DNA from: Candidatus Methylomirabilis oxygeniifera
GTDB lineage: Bacteria > Methylomirabilota > Methylomirabilia > Methylomirabilales > Methylomirabilaceae
Assembly: GCA_000091165.1 (NCBI GenBank)
Contig: FP565575.1
Location: 1,590,001 to 1,622,000, forward strand
Direction: 5' to 3'
Length of the DNA stretch: 32,000 bases
Below are positions 9,559 through 18,434 of the stretch, in pieces (the first letter of the stretch is position 1; every line of letters starts with the position of its first letter). Below the pieces are notes generated by a model. It ran no database searches and was not told the origin of the DNA. It saw only the letters and a list, made by a program, of their open reading frames with translations. Both the position numbers and the translations under genes were made by a program.

Positions 9559-9843
9559 TCACGCCCCGGATTCAACGGAGGTCTCAATCCGAGCGATCTC
9601 CTCCAGCAAGCGATCTACCTTCAGTCGAATCTCCTCACGTTCCTCCTGCATGTGAACGAGCTGCTCCTGATCCTTCTTACGTGCGGCCTCGAGCGCCCCC
9701 ACCTGCTCTGCTTGCGCCCTGACCACAGCCTGCAGCTCGTCTACCTGCCGCTCCAGAACCACCTTCTCTCCTTTGAGCTTCGTCGCGAGCGTAACCGCTA
9801 ACCTTACTCGACCTTCCAGTTCCTCCAGTTTTTCAGCAAGCAT
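9559..9843 (-). CDS. Small coiled-coil protein, ZapB-like
   Basis: Almost entirely coiled coil (MLAEKLEELEGRVRLAVTLATKLKGEKVVLERQVDELQ...), directly upstream of zapA. The ORF extends to 9927. Confidence 0.72.
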   Translation of the reverse strand: MLAEKLEELEGRVRLAVTLATKLKGEKVVLERQVDELQAVVRAQAEQVGALEAARKKDQEQLVHMQEEREEIRLKVDRLLEEIARIETSVESGA

Positions 9844-9947
9844 CGTCCGGCCCCGATCGGAAAAATCCTCCAGCATGCAGTCTCCATGATGGTAGCCCAT
9901 ACCCGGCTGAGAGCCTACCAAAGCCATGCACCCTTGTAAAGTGAAAA

Positions 9948-12374
9948 CTATCCCCGAAGCCTCGCCCCGGTCATCTGCTGTAACTGCTGAATAATGCCGG
10001 ATTCGACTTGCCCTACTTCAGCATCGATCAGCGTATGATCCGGAGAACGGAACACCAGCCCGACGCCGCATGATTTATACCCTTGTGGCAGTTCCTTCCC
10101 ACGGAACAGATCGAACAGTTCAACCCGTTCGAGCAGCGATCCCCCGGCTTGCCTGACAGTCTCGAACAGGTCGGCGACCGGTACGCGCTCCGGAACGACA
10201 AGCGCCAGATCCCGTCGTATCGCGGGAAAGCGGGGCGGCGGCTCGATCCGTAAGAACCGTTCCCCGATCACGCTCAGAAGCTGTTCCAGATCGAACTCAG
10301 CCAGACAGACGGGAACTCGCACCTCAAAGTTGCGCGCAACCGCCGGGTGGAGCTCTCCCATCACTCCAAGCCGCACATCCCTCGAGTACACAGCCGTCGT
10401 TCGCCCCGGATGAAACGATTGCTGATCCGCAATCTGAATGAAGCGCGTCTCCCTGAGTTCCAGGCGATCGAGCAACTCTTCCACGACACCCTTCAAATCG
10501 TAAAAATCCAACTGCGCAGTCGTCCGACTCCACTGTCTCGGCCATGTCGGCCCCGCCATGCCGATAACCAGCATCTGCCGCTCCTGGGGCAAGTCGGCGT
10601 GGTGCGGCAGGTAGACCCGTCCGATCTCGAATAGACGCGGACCAGCCTCATCCTGACGAAGATTGTTGGTCAGGCAGTCCAGGAGGCTGGGGAGCAGCGA
10701 CATCCGAAGCATCTCCTGATCGGGGGTCATCGGATTCGCCAGGCAATATCCATCCGGCATCTCAGCGCCTCGCCCCGACATCATCTTATTCAGGAGGCGT
10801 CGACCGATCAGCGAGTACGTAATGACCTCGTGCAGGCCGCAGCCCACAAGCAGGTCACTGAGTCGTTCGGTAAGACAACGCATCGGTTGCGGCGGGTAAT
10901 CGGGCAGGCGGCCCGCCAGCGTGGTGGTTGGAATCCGGTCGTAGCCAACCAGACGCGCCACCTCTTCCACCAAATCGGCTGAGATCTGAATGTCGCTCCT
11001 GTGCGCCGGCGGCGTGACCCGCAGGGCGTTGCCGTCTTCCCGGCAGTCAAACCCAAGTCGGCCGGCCAGCACGTCCCGCATCTGAGCCGTTGTAAGATCA
11101 ATCCCCAAGACGCGCCGAAGCTCCGCCGGGGTCAGTGTGAACTCCATCGGCTCTCGTGGGGCGGGGAAGGCATCCCATAGTCCGCGTGCCGCCTTGCCTC
11201 CACAAATCTCAACGAGCAGCTTGGTCGCTCGTCTCAGTGCGGCGGTGGTAGTGATCGGCGGCAGCCCTTTGTCGAAGCGGAACGACGCCTCGGTCCTGAG
11301 TCGCAGCGCACGGCAACTCTGTCGGATCGAGCCGGGACTGAAGTTGGCCGACTCCAACAACACACTCTTCGTCGACGGAGTGACCTCTGTCTCTGAGCCG
11401 CCCATAATCCCGGCAAGCGCGACCGGACGATTCGCATCGGCAATGACCAGCATCTCGGATGAGAGCGTCCGCAAGAGACCATCCAGCGTCCGAAGCGATT
11501 CTCCATCCGTCGCACGCCGCACCACAACGCGCCTGCCATGAATCGTCTCGTAATCAAACGCATGCAACGGCTGCCCATACTCGAGCATGACGTAGTTGGT
11601 AACATCGACGACATTATTGATGGGGCGCACACCGGCCGCCATGAGACGCGTCTGGAGCCACGAAGGCGAGGGGCCGACCGTAACACCGTGCACGACCGAT
11701 GCGCCGTACCGCGGACACAGGTCTGGCGCCAGGATTTCAACCTGCACCTCATCCCGAACGTCGCAACCTTCCTCCCGATAGGACAGATCAGGCGGGTGCA
11801 GTGGCGCCTCAGTAATGGCCGCCACCTCGCGCGCAACCCCGAGCATCCCCAGGCAATCCGGTCTGTTCGGCGTCACTTCGAGATCGAGGATAGTGTCCCC
11901 CAACACCGCACTAAGCGGCGATCCGACCTCGGCCTCATCGGGAAGGATCAACACCCCTTCGTGAGCCTCCGACAGGCCCAGTTCCCTCTCGGAGCAGAGC
12001 ACCCCTCGCGAGGCAACCCCCTGAATCTGGACGACCTCCACCACGGTGGAGTGACCTGTGTGCGCATCGATCAGACTCGCGCCGACAGACGCAAAAGGCA
12101 CCCTGTCGCCGACTTTGAGATTCCCGGCACCGCTCACAATGGCAATTCTCTCGCCAGGTATCTCTAGGCCGACCAAGGAGAGCGAGTCAGCCGCCGGATG
12201 CGGCTCAATAGATGCGATCTGTGCGACAATAATCCCAGGCCAGCCGTTACCGCGCTCTTCAATTCCGCCTACCTCGGTTCCGCACATGGTCAGCCGATGG
12301 GCCAGCTCCTGAACAGGCAGAACCAAGTCGACATAGTCAGATAGCCATTTCAGCGATACTTTCATCGGGCTCAT
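9948..12374 (-). CDS. pheT: Phenylalanyl-tRNA synthetase beta subunit
   Basis: 808 aa. MKVSLKWLSDYVDL, LEVTPNRPDCLGMLGVAREVAA, KGLPP repeat region, RLVGYDRIPTTLAGRLP, C-terminal anticodon-binding domain. Confidence 0.97.
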   Translation of the reverse strand: MSPMKVSLKWLSDYVDLVLPVQELAHRLTMCGTEVGGIEERGNGWPGIIVAQIASIEPHPAADSLSLVGLEIPGERIAIVSGAGNLKVGDRVPFASVGASLIDAHTGHSTVVEVVQIQGVASRGVLCSERELGLSEAHEGVLILPDEAEVGSPLSAVLGDTILDLEVTPNRPDCLGMLGVAREVAAITEAPLHPPDLSYREEGCDVRDEVQVEILAPDLCPRYGASVVHGVTVGPSPSWLQTRLMAAGVRPINNVVDVTNYVMLEYGQPLHAFDYETIHGRRVVVRRATDGESLRTLDGLLRTLSSEMLVIADANRPVALAGIMGGSETEVTPSTKSVLLESANFSPGSIRQSCRALRLRTEASFRFDKGLPPITTTAALRRATKLLVEICGGKAARGLWDAFPAPREPMEFTLTPAELRRVLGIDLTTAQMRDVLAGRLGFDCREDGNALRVTPPAHRSDIQISADLVEEVARLVGYDRIPTTTLAGRLPDYPPQPMRCLTERLSDLLVGCGLHEVITYSLIGRRLLNKMMSGRGAEMPDGYCLANPMTPDQEMLRMSLLPSLLDCLTNNLRQDEAGPRLFEIGRVYLPHHADLPQERQMLVIGMAGPTWPRQWSRTTAQLDFYDLKGVVEELLDRLELRETRFIQIADQQSFHPGRTTAVYSRDVRLGVMGELHPAVARNFEVRVPVCLAEFDLEQLLSVIGERFLRIEPPPRFPAIRRDLALVVPERVPVADLFETVRQAGGSLLERVELFDLFRGKELPQGYKSCGVGLVFRSPDHTLIDAEVGQVESGIIQQLQQMTGARLRG

Positions 12375-12559
12375 CAGATTCCTCGGAAAAAGAGGTCAGC
12401 CTTCAGCCGTCAGCCTCGGACAAAATCAACTTTACGGCTGCACTCGTGTTTTTGCTTACTCCATCGCGATCTGCTCAACATGCGACAAGGCCTTGGCGCC
12501 AGGCGATCCCTCTATTTCAAGTACAGCCACTACACCCACATAACCACTGCTACCGCCGG

Positions 12560-12588
12560 AGACTATGTCAATAGCCGATAAATGTCAA
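12560..12588 (-). promoter_or_regulatory. Putative sigma70 promoter for pheT
   Basis: Minus strand TTGACA-N17-TAGTCT upstream of pheT. The -35 is perfect but the -10 is weak. Confidence 0.35.
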
Positions 12589-12734
12589 CCAGCAAGGGGA
12601 GAACGTCGCATCACACAGGACATTTCACCTGCTAGCGGCAAAAAGCGTCTGTAGAATTCGCCCTCAAGAAGGAGGTATCCGGCTCAGATCCATGCGCAGG
12701 GGGGATCGCCACTGCGACATCTATCCCTGAAACT

Positions 12735-12801
12735 ATTTCTTGGCCCTGAAGTCGGGAAAGGCATTGCATGAGCCGAGATGAAGGGCGTCAAGCGTCTTCA
12801 C
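12735..12801 (-). pseudogene. C-terminal remnant of a PIN-domain toxin
   Basis: Minus strand reads VKTLDALHLGSCNAFPDFRAKK*, matching the LkalDAlHLAsA motif of PIN toxins. No intact ORF. Confidence 0.5.
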
Positions 12802-12808
12802 CCCAGTC

Positions 12809-13002
12809 GTCTGGATGAGTTCCTAATAACTGCGATCCCTTCGAATACGGGAAAGGATTGTAGGTACGCCCACGGTGCAAGCATCAAGAGTCGTCGGCGG
12901 TGGGCCTTGAGTCTATCCCAGAGTATGGGCAGTTTCCGGCGCACCTGCCGCCGCAGATGTCCCATGAACTCAACGAGGTCATAGGCGGACTGAAGGCATT
13001 CA
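12809..13002 (-). pseudogene. IS630-family-like transposase fragment
   Basis: Minus strand translation LQSAYDLVEFMGHLRRQVRRKLPILWDRLKAHRRRLL resembles the IS630/DDE pattern (VVEFLkaLrRqvrrpvllvWDrlkaHRSr). No intact ORF. Confidence 0.55.
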
Positions 13003-13034
13003 CGGCTCGCACACGACGCCCTTCACGATCGACC

Positions 13035-13063
13035 TTGACTCATATGGACGGATAGTCCATACT
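13035..13063 (+). promoter_or_regulatory. Promoter/operator of the vapBC-like operon
   Basis: TTGACT-N17-CATACT with a perfect inverted repeat TATGGAC-ggata-GTCCATA (13043-13061) in the spacer and over the -10. Confidence 0.55.
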
Positions 13064-13070
13064 TATATGC

Positions 13071-13271
13071 ATGAGAACGACACTCAATATTGACGATACC
13101 CTCTTACGTCGCGCAGCCGCACTCACCGGTGTTGACGAGAAAACCTCCCTCGTGCGCCTAGGGCTCGAAGCCTTGGTGGCCAAAGAAAGTGCCCGTCGCT
13201 TGGCGAACCTTGCGGGAACCGAGAAACGACTTCTGCCTATTCCAAGGCGTCGCTCCGCCGGACCCGCATGA
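13071..13271 (+). CDS. vapB: Type II antitoxin, VapB-like
   Basis: MRTTLNIDDTLLRRAAALTGVDEKTSLVRLGLEALVAKESARRLANLAG is the typical VapB antitoxin pattern. Overlaps the PIN toxin by ATGA. Confidence 0.88.
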   Translation: MRTTLNIDDTLLRRAAALTGVDEKTSLVRLGLEALVAKESARRLANLAGTEKRLLPIPRRRSAGPA

Positions 13272-13624
13272 TTCTCGTGGATACGTCGGTTTGGATCGAG
13301 CAGCTCCGAAGGGGGAGCGAACGTCTTCAGTCTTTGCTCTACGACGAGCAGGTCCTCTGTCATCCTTTCATTATCGGCGAGCTGGCCTGCGGGACGCTGC
13401 GGAATCGGCAGGAGATTCTCCGTCTATTGTCGGTTCTGCCTCAGGTTCTCGTTGCGGATCATGAAGAGGTCGTACATCTTGTGGAAGGACGGCACCTCTA
13501 CGGGCGCGGTCTAGGCTGGGTGGATGTCCATCTCTTGGCTTCATCGATCCTCACGAGATGTACCCTCTGGACACTCGACAAGCGACTGAGACAAGTCGCG
13601 GCCGCCCTCAAGATCTCAATGTGA
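13268..13624 (+). CDS. vapC: PIN-domain ribonuclease toxin, VapC-like
   Basis: MILVDTSVWIEQLR...IIGELACGTLRNR...GLGWVDVHLLASSILTRCTLWTLDKRLR, with all PIN acidic positions. Confidence 0.93.
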   Translation: MILVDTSVWIEQLRRGSERLQSLLYDEQVLCHPFIIGELACGTLRNRQEILRLLSVLPQVLVADHEEVVHLVEGRHLYGRGLGWVDVHLLASSILTRCTLWTLDKRLRQVAAALKISM

Positions 13625-13750
13625 CACGTAATGGTAACTACTCAGGTCGATAGACTGAAGGCTGTTAGGAACAGAAACCGAGAAGACCGTGAGTAGCTTG
13701 ATTCGTGCCTGGGGAGGTGATGGAGATCTACGGAGTCGCCAGGTTGGGTA

Positions 13751-14803
13751 TCAGGGGAACTGCTGGAGGAAGCGGAGGTCGTTGGCGTGGAAGAAGCGGA
13801 TGTCTTCGATGCCGTACTTGAGCATGGCGACACGCGCGGGCCCCAGGCCAAAGGCGAAGCCGGTGTAGCGCGCCGGGTCGTAGCCGACGCGCGTCAGGAC
13901 ATTCGGATGCACCATTCCCGCGCCTAAGATCTCCAGCCACCCGCTCATCTTGCATAGCCGGCAGCCTGCGCCCTTACAGCGAAAGCAGTCGATCGACATA
14001 TCGACACCGGGTTCGACAAACGGGAAATAATCGCACCGAAAGCGAATCTTCCGCTCGTTTCCGAAGAGGCGCCGTACGAAGGCGTAGAGCGTCCCCTTCA
14101 GATCGGCGAAGGTAATGCCCTCGTCAACCGCTAGTCCCTCGATCTGGTGAAACTGGCTCTCGTGACTGGCGTCGATTGCCTCGTACCGATAACACTTGCC
14201 TGGTACTATCACGCGGATCGGCGGCTTGGTCTGTTCCATGATGCGGATCTGCATCGGCGAGGTGTGCGTTCTGAGCAGCATCGGTTTGCTGATGTGGGCG
14301 CTGGTCGGATCGATCCAGAAGGTATCCCACATCTCCCTGGCCGGGTGGTCCTCCGGAATATTGAGGGCCTCAAAGTTATAGTAGTCCCACTCAACCTCAG
14401 GCCCCTCGATGACGGCAAACCCCATCTCCGCGAAGATCTGACAGATCTCGCGGATAATCTGGGTAAGGGGATGCAGTCGGCCCACGCTCGGTCTCCGCCC
14501 AGGCAGCGTGCCGTCGATCCGGTCTGCCGCCAGCACCTCATCACTCGGAACCGATTCCAGGGCTGTCCGCCTGGACGTGATACGCTCCTCAACCGCCTGT
14601 TTGACCTGGTTGGCCAGCAGACCAATTGCCGGGCGCTCCTGCGGCGGAAGTGTGACCAATTGTCGAAGGATCGTCGTCAATCTGGCCTTACGGCCGAGGA
14701 ACTGCACCCGCACCTGTTCGAGCTGAGCCAAGTCTACGCTCTGTTCAATCCGCGTAAGCGCCGCCGCCTTCAAATCCTCGAGTTCCTGCCGCAATGCCTC
14801 CAC
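13751..14803 (-). CDS. pheS: Phenylalanyl-tRNA synthetase alpha subunit
   Basis: HPLTQIIREICQIFAEMGFAVIEGPEVEWDYYNFEALNIPEDHPAR..., LLRTHTSPMQIR, GLGPARVAMLKYGIEDIRFFHANDLRFL. Start proposed at the GTG near 14803; the ORF extends to 14845. Confidence 0.96.
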   Translation of the reverse strand: MEALRQELEDLKAAALTRIEQSVDLAQLEQVRVQFLGRKARLTTILRQLVTLPPQERPAIGLLANQVKQAVEERITSRRTALESVPSDEVLAADRIDGTLPGRRPSVGRLHPLTQIIREICQIFAEMGFAVIEGPEVEWDYYNFEALNIPEDHPAREMWDTFWIDPTSAHISKPMLLRTHTSPMQIRIMEQTKPPIRVIVPGKCYRYEAIDASHESQFHQIEGLAVDEGITFADLKGTLYAFVRRLFGNERKIRFRCDYFPFVEPGVDMSIDCFRCKGAGCRLCKMSGWLEILGAGMVHPNVLTRVGYDPARYTGFAFGLGPARVAMLKYGIEDIRFFHANDLRFLQQFP

Positions 14804-14870
14804 GTCTCCCCTACAACAACAAGCCCCGACAAAAGGTCGGGGCATGTCTCGTCGAACAATGTCACGATTC

Positions 14871-15230
14871 TCAGGCCGCCAACTGCTCCCGGGCGGCCGC
14901 CGCCAGTTTCGTGAACGCCGACGGATCCTGGATAGCCAGATCGGCCAGAGCCTTCCGATCCATCGCTACACCGGCCTTCTTGAGACCACCCATCATCACG
15001 CTATACGACAGCCCGGACAAGCGCGCCGCCGCATTGATCCGTATGATCCACAGGCTGCGGAACTCCCGCTTGCGGGCCTTCCGATCGCGATAGGCGTACC
15101 GTTTTGCCCGATCGACCGCCTCCTGCGCGCTCCTGTAGGCCTTACTCCGTTTCCCAAAGTAGCCCTCGGCCTCTTTGAGGACCCTGTTCCTGCGACGTCT
15201 GGTCTTAAATCCACCTTTTGCGCGTGGCAT
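14871..15230 (-). CDS. rplT: Large ribosomal subunit protein bL20
   Basis: [39 protein letters not shown]...[24 protein letters not shown]-type sequence. Confidence 0.97.
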   Translation of the reverse strand: MPRAKGGFKTRRRRNRVLKEAEGYFGKRSKAYRSAQEAVDRAKRYAYRDRKARKREFRSLWIIRINAAARLSGLSYSVMMGGLKKAGVAMDRKALADLAIQDPSAFTKLAAAAREQLAA

Positions 15231-15250
15231 CCTCATTCCTCCAGATAAGA

Positions 15251-15337
15251 CAGCGTTCAGCCCTCAGCGATTCGCTGGCTAATGTAGCATGGGATCTGTG
15301 ATTCCTGCAAGCTGAATGCTGACGGCTGATTACTGAT
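15251..15337. repeat. Heptad-type intergenic repeat (TCAGCNN), inverted pair in the rpmI-rplT gap
   Basis: cagcgttcagccctcagcgatt on one side and aagctgaatgctgacggctgatta on the other. Confidence 0.55.
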
Positions 15338-15351
15338 CGCTACCCGTCCTG

Positions 15352-15555
15352 TTACAGATAGGGAATCAAACGCTCCATCCTGGCCGTGTCCGCCTTGGAC
15401 ACCAGACCGGGCTGACGCAGATTTCGTTTTCGCTTCCTCGACTTACCGGTCAGCAAGTGACTCTTGGACGCTTTGTTGCGTCTGATCTTACCGGTTCCCG
15501 TCATCTTGAACCGCTTCGCGGCCCCTTTGAGTGTCTTGATCTTCGGCACCGTCAC
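15352..15555 (-). CDS. rpmI: Large ribosomal subunit protein bL35
   Basis: [48 protein letters not shown]. Confidence 0.97.
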   Translation of the reverse strand: MTVPKIKTLKGAAKRFKMTGTGKIRRNKASKSHLLTGKSRKRKRNLRQPGLVSKADTARMERLIPYL

Positions 15556-15564
15556 TCCTCCCTG

Positions 15565-16074
15565 TTAATGCTTGGGGGTGAGGATCATCACCATGTTCCG
15601 GCCTTCCTGCCTGGGATACTGCTCCAACACAGCGATCTCCTTGAGCGCCTCTGCAAAACGGTCCAACTGCGCCTTCCCGCGCTCGATATGAACCATCTCC
15701 CGGCCTCGGAACATCAGGGTCACCTTGGTCTTGTTCCCCTCCTTCAAGAAACGCTCGGCATGCCTGGACTTGAACTGGAAATCATGCTCATCGGTCTTGG
15801 GTCGGAGTTTGATCTCCTTGATCTGGATGACCGTCTGCTTCTTCCTCGCCTCCCGCGTCTTCTTGTTCTGCTCGTACCGATACTTCCCGTAATTCATGAT
15901 CCGGCAGACAGGCGGCTTGGCGTCCGGCGCCACCTCTACCAGATCGAGCGCGAGCTTCTGGGCGGTCTCAAGGGCCTCCTGAATCGGCAGGATCCCCAGT
16001 TGCGCCCCCTCCGGACTGATCACCCTCACCTCTTTGATCCGAATCCGCTCGTTCACCCGAACACTTCTACTGAT
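15565..16074 (-). CDS. infC: Translation initiation factor IF-3, probable AUC start
   Basis: RVNERIRIKEVRVISPEGAQLGILPIQEAL...KPPVCRIMNYGKYRYE. AAGGAGGG lies just upstream of ATC AGT AGA AGT GTT CGG GTG AAC GAG. The ORF reaches 16110 only inside thrS. Confidence 0.93.
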   Translation of the reverse strand: MSRSVRVNERIRIKEVRVISPEGAQLGILPIQEALETAQKLALDLVEVAPDAKPPVCRIMNYGKYRYEQNKKTREARKKQTVIQIKEIKLRPKTDEHDFQFKSRHAERFLKEGNKTKVTLMFRGREMVHIERGKAQLDRFAEALKEIAVLEQYPRQEGRNMVMILTPKH

Positions 16075-18109
16075 GGATCTTCCCTCCTTCAGATGAAGCC
16101 GGCACGGCAACCCTCAGAGCCGGCTTGAGTTCCTCTTGAATCGCGGCCGCGAATTGATCGATCGGCATCACGCCCATATCTCGCCCGCCGCGCCCTCGCA
16201 CCGAGACAGCGCCTGAAGTCGCTTCTTTTTCCCCTACTACAAGGATATAGGGGGTTTTCTGCATCTCCGCATCTCGAATCTTGTAGCCGACCTTTTCGTT
16301 CCGTACATCCGTTTCCGTACGTATCCCTGCAGCCCTGAGTTGCTCGGAGACCTGCTGGGCGTACGGCTGGAAACGATCCGCCACCGGCACCAGTCGCGCC
16401 TGTACCGGCGCAAGCCAGGTCGGGAAGGCGCCTGCATGATGTTCGACCAATACCCCGAAAAACCGCTCCAACGATCCAAGAATTGCGCGGTGGACCATGA
16501 AGGGTCGATGCGGTCGATTGTCCTCCCCGACATAGGTGATGTCGAAGCGTTCCGGCAGGTTAAAATCGAACTGGACTGTCGTGCACTGCCAGGCGCGGCC
16601 CAAGGCGTCTCTCACCTTAAGATCGATTTTCGGACCATAGAAGGCACCGCCCCCGTCGTCAATCTGATAGGCGAGGCCGGCATCGTCGGCCGCCCGGCGC
16701 AACGCCTCGGTCGCATCGTTCCAGAGTTCCTGATCCCCGATCGCCTTCTCCGGTCGCGTAGCGATATAGGCGTCGTACCGATCAAAACCAAAGCTGCTCA
16801 GAAAGGCCAGGCTGAAACTGACAGCACGGGCTACCTCGCTCACCATCTGCTGCGGCGTGCAGAAGATGTGCGCGTCATCCTGCGTAAACCCTCGAACGCG
16901 AAGGAGCCCATGCAGGACTCCGGCGCGCTCGAAGCGATAGACCGTTCCCAGTTCGGCGAACCGTACCGGCAGCTCCCGGTAGCTGTGGACCTTGGACTGA
17001 AATAGTTTGATATGGAAGGGACAGTTCATCGGCTTGACATAATAGTCATTCCCTTCCATCTCCATTCTCGGATACATGAACTCCTGATAAAAGTCAAGAT
17101 GCCCGCTGGTCTCCCACAACGTCGCCCGGCCGACGTGCGGGGTATAGACGAGATCATAGCCGTTCTTCAGATGCTGCTCGCGCCACAGATCCTCAATCAG
17201 CTTCCGGACCAACGCCCCTTTCGGATGCCACAGGACGAGCCCACCGCCGATCTCATCATGCACGCTGAAGAGCTCCAACTCACGGCCCAGACGCCGATGG
17301 TCGCGACGCTTCGCCTCCTCCAGAAGAAACAGGTGCGCCTCAAGCGCCTCCTGCGTTGGAAAGGCGATCCCGTAGATTCGGGTCAGCATCGGTCGCCGCT
17401 CATCGCCCCGCCAGTAGGCGCCGGCCAAATGGGTCAGTCTGAAAAACCGAACCACCGACGTATCCAGGACGTGGGGACCGCGGCAGAGATCGATGAAATC
17501 GCCGGTCGTGTAGAAGCTGGCCCGCTGCGCTGCCGGGTCTACCTCGTGCTCCAGCTCGTCCTCCTGGACGGGTCCGGATGGAGCCGTCACCCGGTCTCGA
17601 ATAGTCTCCAGGAGTTCAATCTTATACGGCTGGTTCAGCGCCGCCACCTTCGCAATCGCCTCGTCCAGCGGTACCTCGCATCTGACGAACGGCAGCCGCT
17701 GCTCCGAGAGCTCGCGCATCGCGGCCTCAATGGCCGGCAGATCGTCCTGGGTCAGTGGGCGAGGCGGCTCAATGTCATAGTAAAAACCATCCTGGATAGC
17801 AGGACCGATGGCAAATTTTGAGCTGGGCAGAAGCTTCTGCACAGCGGCCGCCATCAGGTGGGCGGCGCTGTGCCTGAGCATCGACAGGCCTTCCGGCGAC
17901 GTGATGCCGATTAACTCGACGCGAGCGTCTTCCTCGATGGGACTACAGAGGTCTACGAGACGTCCGTTGACGTTCGCGCCGATCGCTTCCTTCTTGGCTG
18001 CCGGATCCACGGCCTCCAGCACTGCCAGCACTGTCACACCCGAAGAGAATTCATGTCGTCGTCCGTCGTCCAGGGTGACAACAATCGATTGGGTTCGGGT
18101 CTCACTCAC
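16067..18109 (-). CDS. thrS: Threonyl-tRNA synthetase
   Basis: 680 aa. TGS domain, RHSAAHLMAAAVQKL, NYYVKPMNCPFHIKLFQS, RVRGFTQDDAHIFC, RPFMVHRAILGSLERFFGVLVEHHAGAFPTWLAP. GTG start. Confidence 0.98.
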   Translation of the reverse strand: MSETRTQSIVVTLDDGRRHEFSSGVTVLAVLEAVDPAAKKEAIGANVNGRLVDLCSPIEEDARVELIGITSPEGLSMLRHSAAHLMAAAVQKLLPSSKFAIGPAIQDGFYYDIEPPRPLTQDDLPAIEAAMRELSEQRLPFVRCEVPLDEAIAKVAALNQPYKIELLETIRDRVTAPSGPVQEDELEHEVDPAAQRASFYTTGDFIDLCRGPHVLDTSVVRFFRLTHLAGAYWRGDERRPMLTRIYGIAFPTQEALEAHLFLLEEAKRRDHRRLGRELELFSVHDEIGGGLVLWHPKGALVRKLIEDLWREQHLKNGYDLVYTPHVGRATLWETSGHLDFYQEFMYPRMEMEGNDYYVKPMNCPFHIKLFQSKVHSYRELPVRFAELGTVYRFERAGVLHGLLRVRGFTQDDAHIFCTPQQMVSEVARAVSFSLAFLSSFGFDRYDAYIATRPEKAIGDQELWNDATEALRRAADDAGLAYQIDDGGGAFYGPKIDLKVRDALGRAWQCTTVQFDFNLPERFDITYVGEDNRPHRPFMVHRAILGSLERFFGVLVEHHAGAFPTWLAPVQARLVPVADRFQPYAQQVSEQLRAAGIRTETDVRNEKVGYKIRDAEMQKTPYILVVGEKEATSGAVSVRGRGGRDMGVMPIDQFAAAIQEELKPALRVAVPASSEGGKIHQ

Positions 18110-18238
18110 GCTCTATCTCTGCCGTTGAGCACAGAAGGGCACCAGTAACGATAAGATGCCCTTTTCTGCTTAGGTGATTCTACCCGGGACAACAACCTGT
18201 CCGCGTACCACGCATAGGTCGCCGGGTGCTGCAAGCAA

Positions 18239-18313
18239 TGGTAGGCGCGGGCGGTCTTGAACCGCCGACCTCTTGCGTGTCAAGCAAGCGCTCTCCCCCT
18301 GAGCTACGCGCCT
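18239..18313 (-). tRNA. tRNA-Val(GAC)
   Basis: Minus strand AGGCGCG TA GCTC AGGGGGA GAGC G CTTGC TTGACAC GCAAG AGGTC GGCGG TTCAAGA CCGCC CGCGCCT A CCA. Complete cloverleaf with encoded CCA. Confidence 0.95.
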
Positions 18314-18434
18314 AAATATCCTCACCGCCTTCGCGGTCAACGACGCATATCTTCAATCACTTAGGCCCATCCTGTCAAGGGAAAAGGCGATCTTCCTCAC
18401 CCATCCCGGGTAAGCGACCCTGCACGCCGGACCG

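Noticed and set aside
12450-12560. Minus-strand open stretch AIDIVSGGSSGYVGVVAVLEIEGSPGAKALSHVEQIAME
   Set aside because: Short, no start with RBS and no family recognised; could be random.
14823-14843. Hairpin GCCCCGAC-N5-GTCGGGGC before pheS, considered as a phenylalanine attenuator
   Set aside because: No room for a Phe-rich leader peptide after rplT and no U-run, so attenuation is not supported.
14147-14914. 255-aa plus-strand ORF opposite pheS
   Set aside because: Antisense shadow of pheS; composition is low-complexity R/L/H-type, with no family features.
15457-16128. 223-aa plus-strand ORF opposite infC/rpmI
   Set aside because: Antisense to well-recognised ribosomal/initiation factor genes; Leu/Pro/His-rich artefact of codon bias.
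17012-17821. 269-aa plus-strand ORF opposite thrS
   Set aside because: Complete overlap with thrS, no coherent domain pattern.
18120-18240. Region between thrS and tRNA-Val considered as a T-box or attenuator leader
   Set aside because: It has only an imperfect CAGAA(A)GGGCA hairpin. No T-box consensus or antiterminator seen.
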